NCBI GenBank assembly: GCA_025449535.1
Contig: JANWJF010000001.1
Location: 369,344-419,135 of the forward strand
Direction of reading: 5' to 3'
Length of the DNA stretch: 49,792 bases
From: Candidatus Saccharimonadia bacterium
GTDB lineage: Bacteria > Patescibacteriota > SICC01
Shown in pieces: positions 1 to 10,136 of the stretch. Numbering within the stretch: the first letter of the stretch is position 1; each line of letters begins with the position of its first letter. Both the position numbers and the translations under genes were made by a program. The notes below the pieces were generated by a model. That model did not search any database and was not told where the DNA came from. It worked only from the letters and a program-made list of their open reading frames with translations.

Positions 1-537
1 CGCCTCGCCGTCCGCCATGTCCTTCTTGATCTTTGTCTTGTACTTCTGACCGCTGGCGGCGTCCTTGATCGCTGCGCCGTCTACTCCCAGTCCCGTGCCG
101 TAACTCACGAACAGCTGGATCGCGTTGGCGTTGGCCACCTCGCTCCAGGCCTCCTGGCTCGCGAACAGCTTATCCGTATACGGGAAGAACTTGCCCTGCT
201 CGTTGGCGGCCTCGGCGGCATGGGCCGCGGCCTGGGCGTTCTGGTGGATACTCAACGGGAAGTGCCGCCAGACGAAGTTGACCCGGTCGCCGAACTGCTT
301 CTTCACCTGCTGGACGGTCGGTTGCGCCGCGGCGCAGGCCGGACACTGCAAGTCCGCGAACTCGACCACGGTCACCTTCGCCTTGGGATTGGTCTGGATG
401 GAGTCCGACCGGACCAGCTTGCCCGGGTCGGCGACCTTCGCAGCGTCGTCCTTGCCGCCGTTCACGACCAATAGGATGCCGACCGCGACGGTGACCACGG
501 CGGCGATGGCGATCAGGACTTTCGATTCGGTATTCAT
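1..537 (-). CDS. dsbA: DsbA-family thioredoxin-fold protein (runs off the window start)
   Basis: Manual translation MNTESKVLIAIAAVVTVAVGILLVV...VTVVEFADLQCPACAAAQP...VWRHFPLSIH: N-terminal TM anchor, CPAC active site and HFPL motif. ATGA overlap with dsbB. Absent from the ORF track because it is truncated. Confidence 0.9.
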   Translation of the reverse strand, partial: MNTESKVLIAIAAVVTVAVGILLVVNGGKDDAAKVADPGKLVRSDSIQTNPKAKVTVVEFADLQCPACAAAQPTVQQVKKQFGDRVNFVWRHFPLSIHQNAQAAAHAAEAANEQGKFFPYTDKLFASQEAWSEVANANAIQLFVSYGTGLGVDGAAIKDAASGQKYKTKIKKDMADGEA

Positions 538-962
538 TTCCTGGACTTTTTCCAGAGTAACACCATGCAACCGATGATAACCAGGAAAGCCCCGAGCGAG
601 AGCAGCGGGATGGTGACGAACCCGAACCACTCGATGTACTCGGTCGTGCAGGAGACGCCCGCGCGGCAGGTCTGCTCGGACTCAGGGAACACCTTGTAGT
701 AGAGCAAGACGTGGTACAGGGCGACCAGCGCGCCCGCGATCGCCAGGGGCAGGACGTACTGGTAGACCTTAGCATCCCGTCGCAGGATGCCGACCGCCAG
801 GATTATCACCAACGGATACATCGCGATGCGCTGGTACCAGCAGAGCAGACACGGCAGATATCCCGCGACCTCGCTGAAGTACAGGCTGCCGGATGTCGCG
901 ACCAACGCCTGGGTCCAAGCAACGTAGGCCAGTGGGCTAGGCTTGTTTTCGATTTCCGTCAC
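534..962 (-). CDS. dsbB: DsbB/BdbC-family disulfide bond formation protein
   Basis: SLYFSEVAGYLPCLLCWYQRIAMYPL motif, second Cys pair (TCRAGVSC), 4 TM segments; coupled to dsbA. Confidence 0.92.
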   Translation of the reverse strand: MTEIENKPSPLAYVAWTQALVATSGSLYFSEVAGYLPCLLCWYQRIAMYPLVIILAVGILRRDAKVYQYVLPLAIAGALVALYHVLLYYKVFPESEQTCRAGVSCTTEYIEWFGFVTIPLLSLGAFLVIIGCMVLLWKKSRK

Positions 963-974
963 GATCCTAGCGTA

Positions 975-1871
975 TCAGCGGGCGGTGCGTCCGGCGAGCC
1001 GGCGGACGGTCGCCAAGTTCTTGATGTCCGCCTCGAGACCCGGCGCACCCTTGGCCTTGGGCAGCCGCTTCGCCTCGCCCCAGCCCTCCTTCGGCGTCTC
1101 CAGCATGAAGTCCATGTCCTTGAGGCGCGGGTCGCGGAGCAGGTTCCGGAACGCGGCCTTTCCGAGCTGGCCTTGGCCGATGTGGAAGTGTCGGTCCAAG
1201 CCTTGGCCAAGGTCGGATTGCGTGTCGTTGAGGTGGAACGCCTTGAGCTTCCGTAATCCGATCGTCTTCGCGAACCGGTCCAGCATCCTGGTAGCCCCGG
1301 TGCCGCGGATGTCGAACCCTGCGGTATAGAGGTGGCAGGTGTCGAGGCAGACCCCGACCCGCGACGGTTCGCCGACGCCACGCAAGACGTCCCGGAGCTG
1401 TTCGAACGTCCCGCCGACGCGCTTGCTGCCCGCTGAGATCTCGAGCAACAGCCGGCACTTGGTCGGACCGGCTTTCTTAAGCGCCTTTTTGATCGTGTCG
1501 ACGGTCTGCCTGGTGCTTTCGGCCAGCCTCCCTTCCTCGACCGATCCGCCGAAGTGGACGACGACGCCGGAAGCTCCGAGCAGGTCTCCTTTCACGAGAT
1601 CGGCCGCCGCGACCTCAGCCGCGATGCGGCGGTTACGCGCGTCGGCGGCGCCGACCTGCACGTAGTACGGCGCGTGGATATACAGCCGGGCGTTCCGTTC
1701 CTTGAGTCCTTTACGGAACGTCGCCGCTTCCTCCGCGGCCACCTTGGTCTCGCCGCGGCCGCGCGGATTACGGGCGAAGATCTGGATCGCCGTGGCGCCG
1801 AGTTCGTCGGCTTGGGTCAGTAGCGCTGGCAGACCCTTGGCGACGGAGAGATGTGCGCCCAGCCGCATCAA
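975..1871 (-). CDS. nfo: Endonuclease IV (AP endonuclease 2)
   Basis: RLGAHLS, IQIF, HAPY, LLEISAG, CLDTCH, HLND, DRH and LETP motifs. Confidence 0.93.
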   Translation of the reverse strand: MMRLGAHLSVAKGLPALLTQADELGATAIQIFARNPRGRGETKVAAEEAATFRKGLKERNARLYIHAPYYVQVGAADARNRRIAAEVAAADLVKGDLLGASGVVVHFGGSVEEGRLAESTRQTVDTIKKALKKAGPTKCRLLLEISAGSKRVGGTFEQLRDVLRGVGEPSRVGVCLDTCHLYTAGFDIRGTGATRMLDRFAKTIGLRKLKAFHLNDTQSDLGQGLDRHFHIGQGQLGKAAFRNLLRDPRLKDMDFMLETPKEGWGEAKRLPKAKGAPGLEADIKNLATVRRLAGRTAR

Positions 1872-3430
1872 CGCTCCGCGAACGTCAATCCACCGGTCAG
1901 CACGCCGGTCCCCTTGTCGAGCGTGAAGCTGCCGCGCTCCGGACGGATAAACAGCAGCCAGGTGAACAGTCCGTCTTCTTTGCCGGTCACCGAGGCCACC
2001 TTGCCGAGCGCGATCCGGACGGCGAGTTGTCCCTTAGCGTCCGCCGGGTCCGGTTCGGCCAGGGTGCGCACCAGCCGGGCCACCGCCTCCTCGGAGCTCC
2101 CAATCAGGAGGTACCGGTCCCGCACCTGCCAGACCGCCCGGCCCATTTCCGGTAACCGGGCGGCGGCGGCCGGACGGCCTTCGACCGTCACGGTGCCGAT
2201 CGACAGCGGTTCGTCACGCTGCGACTCGATCTCCCGGGATTCCGTGCCGTCGGGAAGCACCTTCACCACCTCGCGGCGGACCGGTACCTTGGCCTTGGCC
2301 TTCAGCAGGCCCTGGAGCTCCTCCGTCTTGGCCCGGGCCGTCTCCGGGGAGTCGAACTCCAGCAAGCCCATCCAGTGACGGGTATCGCCGTCCTGGTACC
2401 GCGCGTACACGAACCGGTCGCCGGCCGCGGCCAGGTAGTCGCGTTCGACGTCGACGCCGAGTTGGCGGTTCAGCGCTGAGACCCCGTTCTGGAACCGCAG
2501 CACGCCGGGCAGATCCTCTTCCGAACGCTGCTCCTCGAGCAGCCGTAGGAACGCCAGGGCGTCCGTACCCGAGACACTGACCGGAGCGGCGGAGACGGGT
2601 GGTAACAGCTTGCCGGCGGTCCGCCCGAGCGTCTCCTGCACACGCGGCGGCCGGGCGTTGGCCGTTTCGATCCGCAGTACGTCGTCATCGTTCTCGATCG
2701 CCAGGCCGACCAGCGAGTAGTCCAGCCGCGGATACCCCTCGGCCAGCGAGCCGTCGAGGAAGACGTAGGCGTCCTCCGCGCCCGGCAGGTCGCCGGAGAC
2801 TTCCGCGAAGTCCGGGTGGCGGTCGAACCCGACGGTCCGGTTCACCGCGGCCAGGATCTGGCCGTTGTGCGTGGAGAAGTAGACGTACCGGCCGTCACGG
2901 TGTGACCGGATGACGACCTTGGTGCCCGGCAGCCGGCCCGTGGAGAACGCCAGGCGTCCATGCTCCGGCGTGTCGACTTCGACCCGCTTCGGGTCCTCCA
3001 GGACGCCGTTGAGAGCCGTCGCCACCTGGGCGTACGCGGCCTCGTCCCGGACCGTGGCGACCGCCAGCAGCTGGTCGTCCCGGGTCCGGGCGAACCCGAC
3101 CTCGCTGCCCAGCGCCTTCCCGAGCAGTTCCGCCGGCACCGCCTTCCGGACCGCCGCGACCAGCGCCTTGGTCTCGGCCGGGTATACCTTGGCGGACGCG
3201 CTGGTGCGTCCCACCGTCCCATAATCGAACGCCGCCAGCCGGGCCACGCCGGCGATCCGACTGTCTTCCGGCAGCTTCGCGAGGAGGTCCTTGGTCACCG
3301 CGGCGCGCGAAAGCGCCAGCCAAAGCGTGAGACCGGCGACGATCAACAACAGGCCTGCGACCAGCGCGGGGACCGACTGTATGCTCGTCACGGAATTCCG
3401 CAACCGACGCCTTTTCTTGTCAGCGACCAT
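1868..3430 (-). CDS. Membrane-anchored extracytoplasmic protein, DUF3352-like
   Basis: 520 aa; basic N-terminus, one TM helix, repeated beta-rich units (GRYVYFST.., DRYLLIGSSEEAV); TACAAT 7 nt upstream; 4-nt overlap with nfo. Confidence 0.7.
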   Translation of the reverse strand: MVADKKRRRLRNSVTSIQSVPALVAGLLLIVAGLTLWLALSRAAVTKDLLAKLPEDSRIAGVARLAAFDYGTVGRTSASAKVYPAETKALVAAVRKAVPAELLGKALGSEVGFARTRDDQLLAVATVRDEAAYAQVATALNGVLEDPKRVEVDTPEHGRLAFSTGRLPGTKVVIRSHRDGRYVYFSTHNGQILAAVNRTVGFDRHPDFAEVSGDLPGAEDAYVFLDGSLAEGYPRLDYSLVGLAIENDDDVLRIETANARPPRVQETLGRTAGKLLPPVSAAPVSVSGTDALAFLRLLEEQRSEEDLPGVLRFQNGVSALNRQLGVDVERDYLAAAGDRFVYARYQDGDTRHWMGLLEFDSPETARAKTEELQGLLKAKAKVPVRREVVKVLPDGTESREIESQRDEPLSIGTVTVEGRPAAAARLPEMGRAVWQVRDRYLLIGSSEEAVARLVRTLAEPDPADAKGQLAVRIALGKVASVTGKEDGLFTWLLFIRPERGSFTLDKGTGVLTGGLTFAER

Positions 3431-3454
3431 CCGGCGTATTGTAGCAAAACGGGC

Positions 3455-4273
3455 TCAGATGGCAGGCTGTTTCACCGCTTTCGCCTCGGCCAGCAGGCTG
3501 ACCGCGCTCACGACGTCCAGCAACCCGCTCGGTGATTCCGTGCGGGTAAGATCGTCAGTCACGGTACCATCGGCTACTTTGCTGCGGCTACTGCCGTCCT
3601 CCGTCCAAGGACGGGATATCTCCTGGCAGACGAACCGTTCCGTCTCGGGGTCGAACACGAGGGCCCGTTTCGCGACGATGTCGATACCGTCGCGCCGTTC
3701 GTGTTCCGGTCTTGCGTACGCCAGGCACAGTCGGCGGACGGGCAACTGTTCGACCGAGAGCTGCAGGCCGATGCCGGCCTTGGAGCCCTGGCACGCCATT
3801 TCCCGGTCGGGAGCGCCGTCCAACCGGGCCGATACCAAGCGCCGGAGCATACGATGCATTCCCGACTCGCCGAGCGCCCGGCACTTCTCGGGATCCAGCA
3901 ATTCGACGCCCGTCTCGGGATCGGCCGAGTACAACGCCCGGAGCCCGGGAACCGCCTCGAACGACTCCCACAGGGTCTCGCGGACCTGCCTGGCGATGCG
4001 CTCCTCGACCGTCTCGTCGGTGAAGTCACCGAGCACTTCCTCGTTATGCCGCCATTCGGGCTCGCGACGGCTGCGCAACTCGGCTTCCCGCCGGTTCGCC
4101 CAGGCTTGTTGGAACTCCGTCGGTCCGTCGGTATCGGCATCGGGACCGGCCGGCTCCCCGGTGACCTGCGCCGACTCGTGTCGGCCGCTTCTGACCAAGC
4201 GCATCCGACGCCGACCGCCGTGTGGCGGACGTCGGCCGCCGGACGACCGGAAAAGTTGTTCTGACGCTTCCAT
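3455..4273 (-). CDS. Hypothetical orphan protein
   Basis: 272-aa ORF filling the gap downstream of pnp, same strand; TTGACT..TACTCT-like promoter upstream. No recognisable domain. Confidence 0.6.
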   Translation of the reverse strand: MEASEQLFRSSGGRRPPHGGRRRMRLVRSGRHESAQVTGEPAGPDADTDGPTEFQQAWANRREAELRSRREPEWRHNEEVLGDFTDETVEERIARQVRETLWESFEAVPGLRALYSADPETGVELLDPEKCRALGESGMHRMLRRLVSARLDGAPDREMACQGSKAGIGLQLSVEQLPVRRLCLAYARPEHERRDGIDIVAKRALVFDPETERFVCQEISRPWTEDGSSRSKVADGTVTDDLTRTESPSGLLDVVSAVSLLAEAKAVKQPAI

Positions 4274-4379
4274 ATGAATCGTGGTTCGATTGACCGAACG
4301 TCCTAGAGTATGCCGAAATCCCCGCGGCAGTCAATGTGCAGAACGCGGGGATTATTGGCTCGGTTTCGAGAAAAACGTC

Positions 4380-6581
4380 TTAACGACGGTGATGACCGCG
4401 CGGCGGACCGCCACGCTCCCGACCGCCACCGCCATTCCGCGGAGCACGGGACTGCCGGACTTCGTCGGCGATTACCTTTGGATCCGCGCCGCTGGCGGCC
4501 GCTTTCATCGAAAGGTTGTTCCGGCCTTGGGAGTCGACTTCGATCACCATCACCTTCACTTCCTGGCCGACCTTGAGCACGTCCTCCACGGACGCGACCC
4601 GTTCCTCTGCGATCTGGGAGACGTGGACCATGCCCTCCTTGCCCGGCATGAACTCGACGAAGGCGCCGAACGGCATCAGCTTGGTGACCTTGCCGTCGTA
4701 GACCTTGCCGACTTCCGGCTCCGCGGTGAGCGCCTTGATCCACTCCATCGCCTTTTTCGAGGCCTCGCCGTCGCTGGAGCCGATCATCACGGTGCCGTCG
4801 TCCTCCAGGTCGATCGAAACGCCGGTCTCGGAGGTGATCTCGTTGATCATCTTGCCGCCCGGGCCGATCACGATCCGGATCTTATCCGGGTCGATCTTCA
4901 TCGTGGTGATGCGCGGCGCGTTGGCCGCCAGGTCCTGGCGCGGTTCGGGGATCGTCGCCAGCATCTTGTCCATGATCTCGAGCCGAGCCGCCTTGGCCTG
5001 CTCCAGCGCCTGGGTCATCACCTCCAGCGGAATGCCCCAGACCTTCATATCCATCTGCAGGGCGGTGATGCCGTCCTTGGTGCCGGCGACCTTGAAGTCC
5101 ATGTCTCCCGCGAAGTCCTCGGCGCCCTGGATATCGGTCAGGACCTTGGTCGTATCGCCGTCGGTGACCAGTCCCATCGCGATGCCGGAGACCGGCTTCT
5201 TGATCGGGACGCCCGCGTCCATCAACGACAGGGTCGAGCCGCAGACCGAGGCCATCGAGGTCGAGCCGTTCGAGGCCAGGATCTCGCTGACCACCCGCAT
5301 CGTGTACGGGAAGTCGTCTTGCTCCGGAAGCATCGGGACGATCGCCCGCTCCGCCAACGAACCGTGCCCGATCTCGCGTCGCCCGGCGCCGCGCACCGGT
5401 CGCGCCTCTCCGACCGAATAGGGCGGGAAGTTGTAGTGGTGCATGTAGCGCCGCTTGGTGTCCTCAAGCATCGTGTCGATGATCTGCTGGTCGCCGGGGG
5501 TGCCGAGCGTCGTCAGGCTCAGGGCCTGGGTCTGGCCGCGCGTGAACAGGGCCGACCCGTGGGTCCGCGGCAATACGCCGACCTCGCAGGTGATCGGCCG
5601 GATCTCGGTGAGCTTCCGGCCGTCCGGACGGACCTCGTGCTTGAGGATGCCCTCCCGGATGACTTCCTGCTCGACCTTGGTGAACGCGTCGTTGACCTGT
5701 CCTTCCGTCCACTTGGCATCCTCGGCCGCTTCCTCGGGAACCAGTTCCTTCTTCAGCCAGCCGGTCAGTTCCGCCAGCTTCTGTTCGCGTTCCTCTTGGG
5801 TCGAGTTGAGCGTGATCTCGAGCAGCTTGGCCCGGGCCTTCTCGGCGACCGCGCGCTCGAGGTCCGGGTCGGCTTCGGCCAAGGCCGGCTCGCGCTTCTC
5901 CGGGGCGACCTTGCCCACCAGGTCCTCTTGGATCGCAATCGCCTTCTTGATCTCGACCAAGGCCAGGTCGAAGGCCTTGAGCATCTGCTCCTCGGTGACC
6001 TCGCTGGCGCCGGCTTCGACCATCATGATCTTCTCCTTGGTGCCGGCCACGACCAGGTCCAGCTTGGATTGCTCGCGCTGCTCCTCGGTCGGGTTCACGA
6101 CCAGGGCGCCGTCGACCTCGCCGATCCGGACGCCTCCGATCATCTCGACCATCGGCGAACCGGCCACGTGCAACGCGGCCGATGCGGCGTTCATCGCGAC
6201 CATGTCCGGGTGATGGACGCCGTCGACGGAGAGTACCGTCGCGATTATCTGGATGTTGTTGCGCGTCCCCTTCGGGAAGAGCGGGCGGATCGGGCGGTCG
6301 ATCAACCGCGAGATCAACGTCGCTTCCTCGCTGGGCCGGCCCTCGCGCTTGAAGAAGCCGCCGGAAATCTTTCCAGCCGCGTACATCTTCTCCTCATAGC
6401 TGACCATCAGCGGGAAATAGTCGAATCCCGGCTTCCGATCGCCGACCACCGCCGTCACCAGGACGACGGTATCGCCGTATTGCGCCCGGACGGCGCCGTC
6501 GGCCAATCCGGCCAGCTTGCCGGTCTCATACTTCAATGTCTCGGAACCGAAGGCTCCTTCCGCTGTCTTCACGTCGAACAT
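4380..6581 (-). CDS. pnp: Polyribonucleotide nucleotidyltransferase (PNPase)
   Basis: FFKREGRP, RLIDRPIRPLF, GRREIGHG, SNGSTSMASVC, DMDFKVAG; KH and S1 domains. Confidence 0.99.
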   Translation of the reverse strand: MFDVKTAEGAFGSETLKYETGKLAGLADGAVRAQYGDTVVLVTAVVGDRKPGFDYFPLMVSYEEKMYAAGKISGGFFKREGRPSEEATLISRLIDRPIRPLFPKGTRNNIQIIATVLSVDGVHHPDMVAMNAASAALHVAGSPMVEMIGGVRIGEVDGALVVNPTEEQREQSKLDLVVAGTKEKIMMVEAGASEVTEEQMLKAFDLALVEIKKAIAIQEDLVGKVAPEKREPALAEADPDLERAVAEKARAKLLEITLNSTQEEREQKLAELTGWLKKELVPEEAAEDAKWTEGQVNDAFTKVEQEVIREGILKHEVRPDGRKLTEIRPITCEVGVLPRTHGSALFTRGQTQALSLTTLGTPGDQQIIDTMLEDTKRRYMHHYNFPPYSVGEARPVRGAGRREIGHGSLAERAIVPMLPEQDDFPYTMRVVSEILASNGSTSMASVCGSTLSLMDAGVPIKKPVSGIAMGLVTDGDTTKVLTDIQGAEDFAGDMDFKVAGTKDGITALQMDMKVWGIPLEVMTQALEQAKAARLEIMDKMLATIPEPRQDLAANAPRITTMKIDPDKIRIVIGPGGKMINEITSETGVSIDLEDDGTVMIGSSDGEASKKAMEWIKALTAEPEVGKVYDGKVTKLMPFGAFVEFMPGKEGMVHVSQIAEERVASVEDVLKVGQEVKVMVIEVDSQGRNNLSMKAAASGADPKVIADEVRQSRAPRNGGGGRERGGPPRGHHRR

Positions 6582-6584
6582 ACA

Positions 6585-6670
6585 CTCCTCCTATCGTGGC
6601 GGGAGCATGTAGAAGTCCGGGGGTCGAAGGAATCCTTCGGCGCTCAGGTCTCGACACGCTCCGTGCCGTG
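6585..6670 (-). promoter_or_regulatory. pnp 5' leader stem-loop and strong Shine-Dalgarno
   Basis: On the minus strand GGCACGGAGCGTGT pairs with ACATGCTCCCGCC, with inner hairpin CGAAGG-ATT-CCTTCG, followed by AGGAGGAG. Resembles the RNase III-processed pnp leader. Confidence 0.6.
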
Positions 6671-6689
6671 TTATGGGTTATTTAAACGT

Positions 6690-6956
6690 CTACTTGCGTA
6701 GTTTAAGCTTCTTGAGCAGCTCCTGGTAGGCTGGCTCGTCCGTGCGGGCGAGGTAGTCCAGGAGCCGGCGCCGTTTGCCCACGAGCAGTTCCAGGCCGCG
6801 CTCCGAATGGATGTCCTTCGGGTGGCGCTTGAGGTGCACCGTCAGCTCGGTGATCCGGGCCGTGAGCAGCGCGATCTGCACGGGAGCCGATCCGACGTCG
6901 TCCTTCGACGTCGCGTGCTCCTTGATGATCTTGGATTTCTCCTCGGTTGCGGGCAT
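6690..6956 (-). CDS. rpsO: 30S ribosomal protein S15
   Basis: DVGSAPVQIALLTARITELTVHLKRHPKDIHSERGL..VGKRRRLLDYL; canonical position upstream of pnp. Confidence 0.99.
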   Translation of the reverse strand: MPATEEKSKIIKEHATSKDDVGSAPVQIALLTARITELTVHLKRHPKDIHSERGLELLVGKRRRLLDYLARTDEPAYQELLKKLKLRK

Positions 6957-6969
6957 AACGGGTTCCAGA

Positions 6970-7260
6970 CTAGCAGGTCTCCGCGGATCGGGCCAGGCGG
7001 TCCTCGCCGGCCTCGGTCAGGGCCAGGCAGGACATCCCGCTCTTCCGATCGCGACCCCAGGCAATCTCCTTCCGCGCAATCATGCCGAAGGTCAGCTGCC
7101 GGACGTTGTTCACGCTCAAGCCGAGCCGGTCCGCGATCTCCTGCGGCGAGCGGCCGGGGTCGTACTCGCCCTGCGCGATCACGTCCAGGATTGCCACACG
7201 ACCGGCTTCGTAGCGTTCCGACTCGTTTGGTTCTGGTTGGATCTCGGTGCGTTCGCTCAT
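6970..7260 (-). CDS. Small winged-helix DNA-binding-like hypothetical protein
   Basis: SPQEIADRLGLSVNNVRQL HTH followed by a wing and LTEAGE (MarR-like ending); sits between truB and rpsO. Confidence 0.65.
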   Translation of the reverse strand: MSERTEIQPEPNESERYEAGRVAILDVIAQGEYDPGRSPQEIADRLGLSVNNVRQLTFGMIARKEIAWGRDRKSGMSCLALTEAGEDRLARSAETC

Positions 7261-7286
7261 ACGTATTTTCGCCTTAGCTATACACC

Positions 7287-7979
7287 TTACACGGCCTGCT
7301 CGGGTTTGGTAAGCCTACGCTCCAGGACATACCACGGCCCGTCGATCACGTCGGCGCCGACGGCGTCCCGCACGTCCAGGTCGCCGACCTTCTCGCGCCG
7401 CAGTCCTGAGAGGTACCCTCCTGTCCCGAGCCGTTCACCGAGGTCGCGGGCGAGCGCCCGGATGTACGTGCCCTTGGAGACGGTCGTCCGGAAGCGCGCT
7501 TCCGGCCATGCGTAGTCCAGCAGCTCGACCGAGCGGATGGTGACACTGCGCGGCTGCCGTTCGACGGTCCGACCCTGGCGCGCCTCCGCGTAGGCCTTCT
7601 TGCCTCCGGTCTTGATCGCGGAGTACGTCGGTGGCAGCTGCTCGATGTCGCCCGCGAAGCCCTCCAGGGCCGCCTCGGCCGCCGGTCGGCCCGGGTCCGT
7701 GGCGCCCGCGGTCGGTTCGACCGTCCCTTCGGCGTCGTCCGTAGCCGTCGTCGCACCAAGCGTCACTTCGGCTACGTACGTCTTGTCGCCCTGCACGAAT
7801 CGCTCGAGCTGCTTGGTCGCGCTCCCAAGTCCGATCACCAAGAGACCGGTCGCCATCGGGTCGAGCGTACCGCCATGACCGACTTTCTTGATGCCGCTCA
7901 TGCGGCGGATGTGCGCCACGACGTCGTGACTGGTCCAGCCGGCCGGCTTGTCTACCAGGAGGAATCCTGAAACGTCCAT
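7287..7979 (-). CDS. truB: tRNA pseudouridine(55) synthase (short form, no PUA domain)
   Basis: DKPAGWTSHDVV, KVGHGGTLDPMATGLL, SKGTYIRALARDLG. Confidence 0.98.
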   Translation of the reverse strand: MDVSGFLLVDKPAGWTSHDVVAHIRRMSGIKKVGHGGTLDPMATGLLVIGLGSATKQLERFVQGDKTYVAEVTLGATTATDDAEGTVEPTAGATDPGRPAAEAALEGFAGDIEQLPPTYSAIKTGGKKAYAEARQGRTVERQPRSVTIRSVELLDYAWPEARFRTTVSKGTYIRALARDLGERLGTGGYLSGLRREKVGDLDVRDAVGADVIDGPWYVLERRLTKPEQAV

Positions 7980-8001
7980 ATGCCCATGGTACGTCTTCCG
8001 G

Positions 8002-8556
8002 TCACCCGAGCGGGCGGGACAGGTCGTCGCAGAGGCGCATCAGCTCGTCACCGCTCGCCGGACGGAAGCAGTCGCCGATCCGGAGCATGTCCGGCAGCAA
8101 TTCCCGCCATTCGCCGAGGACCTCATCGTCGACGAACCGCTCCTTCAGCACGTGTACGTCCGCGCCGTCCGTCAGGTACAGCGCGGCCACTTCGTGACCA
8201 CTGGAAACCGAGTGCTCACGGGTCAGCGCGACCAGTCCGGCATCCGGAAGGGCCGTCGCCCGCAGGAACCGCCCCCGTTCCACCAGTGGCTTGGGATCGG
8301 CGCCCCATTCCGCGAGGAAACGAGGAATCTCCTGCAGCGCCAGGTCCCTCATCCCCCGCCTGGACCGTTCCGCGGCGATGGCGCCTCGCATCACCTCCTT
8401 GGCGCGCTCGAAGCGGACCCTGCTGAGATCCGTCACAGGCAAGGTGCCGGGACGCCGCGTCCTGCCAGCACTAGACCGTTTACGCTTACGGGCCGATTCC
8501 AAGCTCCGTACGTTATCGATCGACACCGTTCCCTCGCTCATGAGTTCGCCCATCAT
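8002..8556 (-). CDS. Hypothetical orphan protein
   Basis: 184-aa ORF between nrnA and truB, with its own TACACT box and AAGGA SD upstream. No recognisable domain. Confidence 0.6.
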   Translation of the reverse strand: MMGELMSEGTVSIDNVRSLESARKRKRSSAGRTRRPGTLPVTDLSRVRFERAKEVMRGAIAAERSRRGMRDLALQEIPRFLAEWGADPKPLVERGRFLRATALPDAGLVALTREHSVSSGHEVAALYLTDGADVHVLKERFVDDEVLGEWRELLPDMLRIGDCFRPASGDELMRLCDDLSRPLG

Positions 8557-8593
8557 GTTTTCCTTAGGCGCAGTGTACCAGTCCGCAAGACGT

Positions 8594-10111
8594 TCAGCTT
8601 TGCCGGTCGTTCTTCGGTCGTTGGTCGATCACCTGGCCGTTCGCGCCGGACTTCTTGAAGTAGGCGTCGAGTTCGTCGTCGGAAAGCGGCTGCTGCGGCT
8701 GCTGATCCGATCGGTGCGGCTTGTTCGAGACCTGTCCGGTCACACCGCCGCTGACCATGCCGTCGGGACGGCGCGGGTTCCGCGGCTGCGGGGGTCGCTG
8801 CCCGGCGGGACGCTTCGGTTGTCGCGACTTGCCCGGTCGACCTTGTTCGCGGGTCGTACCCGATCCGCTCGGGACGGAACGGGTCGGTCGGGTCGGGACC
8901 TGTTCCGCCGGCCGCGGTGGGAGACCCGCGGTGGCCGAACGGCCGGATGAGGTGTTCTCGGTCGGTCCCGGCACGCCGAGCCGCTGCGCCTGCCACTTCT
9001 TGATCTGGAGGACGACGTTGCGTTCCGCGTTCTCCAGCGGACCGTCGGTGTCGAATCCGGCCGCGCCCTTGTGGCCGCCGCCGTTCCAGAAGCCCACCAC
9101 CTTGGTGGCGTCGACGCCCTTGGTGGTGCGGACGCTGCCGTCCACCCGACCGTCCTCGCGCTCGCGGAGCAGCAGGATGATCTCGGCGTCCGGCGCCGAG
9201 CTCATCAGCGAGTCGATCACGCCCTTGGCCTCGGTGGGGGTGCCGCCGGTCTCGGTGAAGTCGGCGTTGGTCAGGCTGGCCCAGACCACGCGGGTAGTCG
9301 GGTCGTACTGCAGTCGCGTCAACGCCCGGCCCCAGAGGCGGAGCGTGGAGAGCGGCTTGGTCTTGTAGACGTGCTGGATGATCTCCTGCTGCCGGCCGCC
9401 CTGGGCCACCAGTTGCGCGCTGACGGTCAGCGACTTCGGCGTGGTGTTGGCGTTCTGGAAGCTGCCGGTGTCGGTAATCAGGCCGGTCAGCAGCAGGGTG
9501 GCGACGTCCTCGGTCATCAGCGACTCGCCGAGCGCCTCGATCACGCCGACCAGGATCTCGGACGTCGAGGTCGCGGTGAGGTCGACCAGGTTCACGGCGC
9601 CGAAGTAATCGTTCGACGGATGATGGTCGATATTCACCACCGGCGCCTCGTAGAAGAGGTCCGGGTTGTCCTCGTACAGCGAGCCGAGCCGGTCGAGATC
9701 CGGCGCGTCGAGCACGATCACCAGGTCGAAGCTGTACGCACCCTGGCGGACCTCCACGTCCTTGTCGGCGAACTGTCCTTCCTTGGGCGAGATCACCACG
9801 TTGAGGCGATCCTCGCTGGTGTTGTACTTCAGCTTGTCGACCTTGGTCTTGGACGTGTTCACGCTGACAACGAGGTCCCGGCTGCCGGTGAGGTCCTTGG
9901 TGACCTTGTCGAGCGCTGGCAGGAAGGCGTACATCTCCGGCACGGCGTCACGGATGACCGTCGTCGGGTGCTTGCCGAGCTGCTCGAGCACGAGATGCAT
10001 CGCCAAGGCGGAACCGACCGCATCACCGTCGGGACGGGCGTGCGTGACGATCAGGACGTTGTTGAACTTCCTGACCAGTTCGGTGACTTGTTGCTTAGGG
10101 CTGAGTTCCAT
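8594..10111 (-). CDS. nrnA: DHH/DHHA1 bifunctional oligoribonuclease/pAp phosphatase NrnA with low-complexity C-terminal tail
   Basis: HARPDGDAVGS, NIDHHPSN, TDTGSF, GGGHKGAAG; internal ~60-aa insertion; P/R/Q-rich tail. Confidence 0.92.
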   Translation of the reverse strand: MELSPKQQVTELVRKFNNVLIVTHARPDGDAVGSALAMHLVLEQLGKHPTTVIRDAVPEMYAFLPALDKVTKDLTGSRDLVVSVNTSKTKVDKLKYNTSEDRLNVVISPKEGQFADKDVEVRQGAYSFDLVIVLDAPDLDRLGSLYEDNPDLFYEAPVVNIDHHPSNDYFGAVNLVDLTATSTSEILVGVIEALGESLMTEDVATLLLTGLITDTGSFQNANTTPKSLTVSAQLVAQGGRQQEIIQHVYKTKPLSTLRLWGRALTRLQYDPTTRVVWASLTNADFTETGGTPTEAKGVIDSLMSSAPDAEIILLLREREDGRVDGSVRTTKGVDATKVVGFWNGGGHKGAAGFDTDGPLENAERNVVLQIKKWQAQRLGVPGPTENTSSGRSATAGLPPRPAEQVPTRPTRSVPSGSGTTREQGRPGKSRQPKRPAGQRPPQPRNPRRPDGMVSGGVTGQVSNKPHRSDQQPQQPLSDDELDAYFKKSGANGQVIDQRPKNDRQS

Positions 10112-10136
10112 GGGTTACGCGTGAAACGAACTTGAT

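Noticed and set aside
4281..6701. 806-aa plus-strand ORF
   Set aside because: Antisense shadow of pnp.
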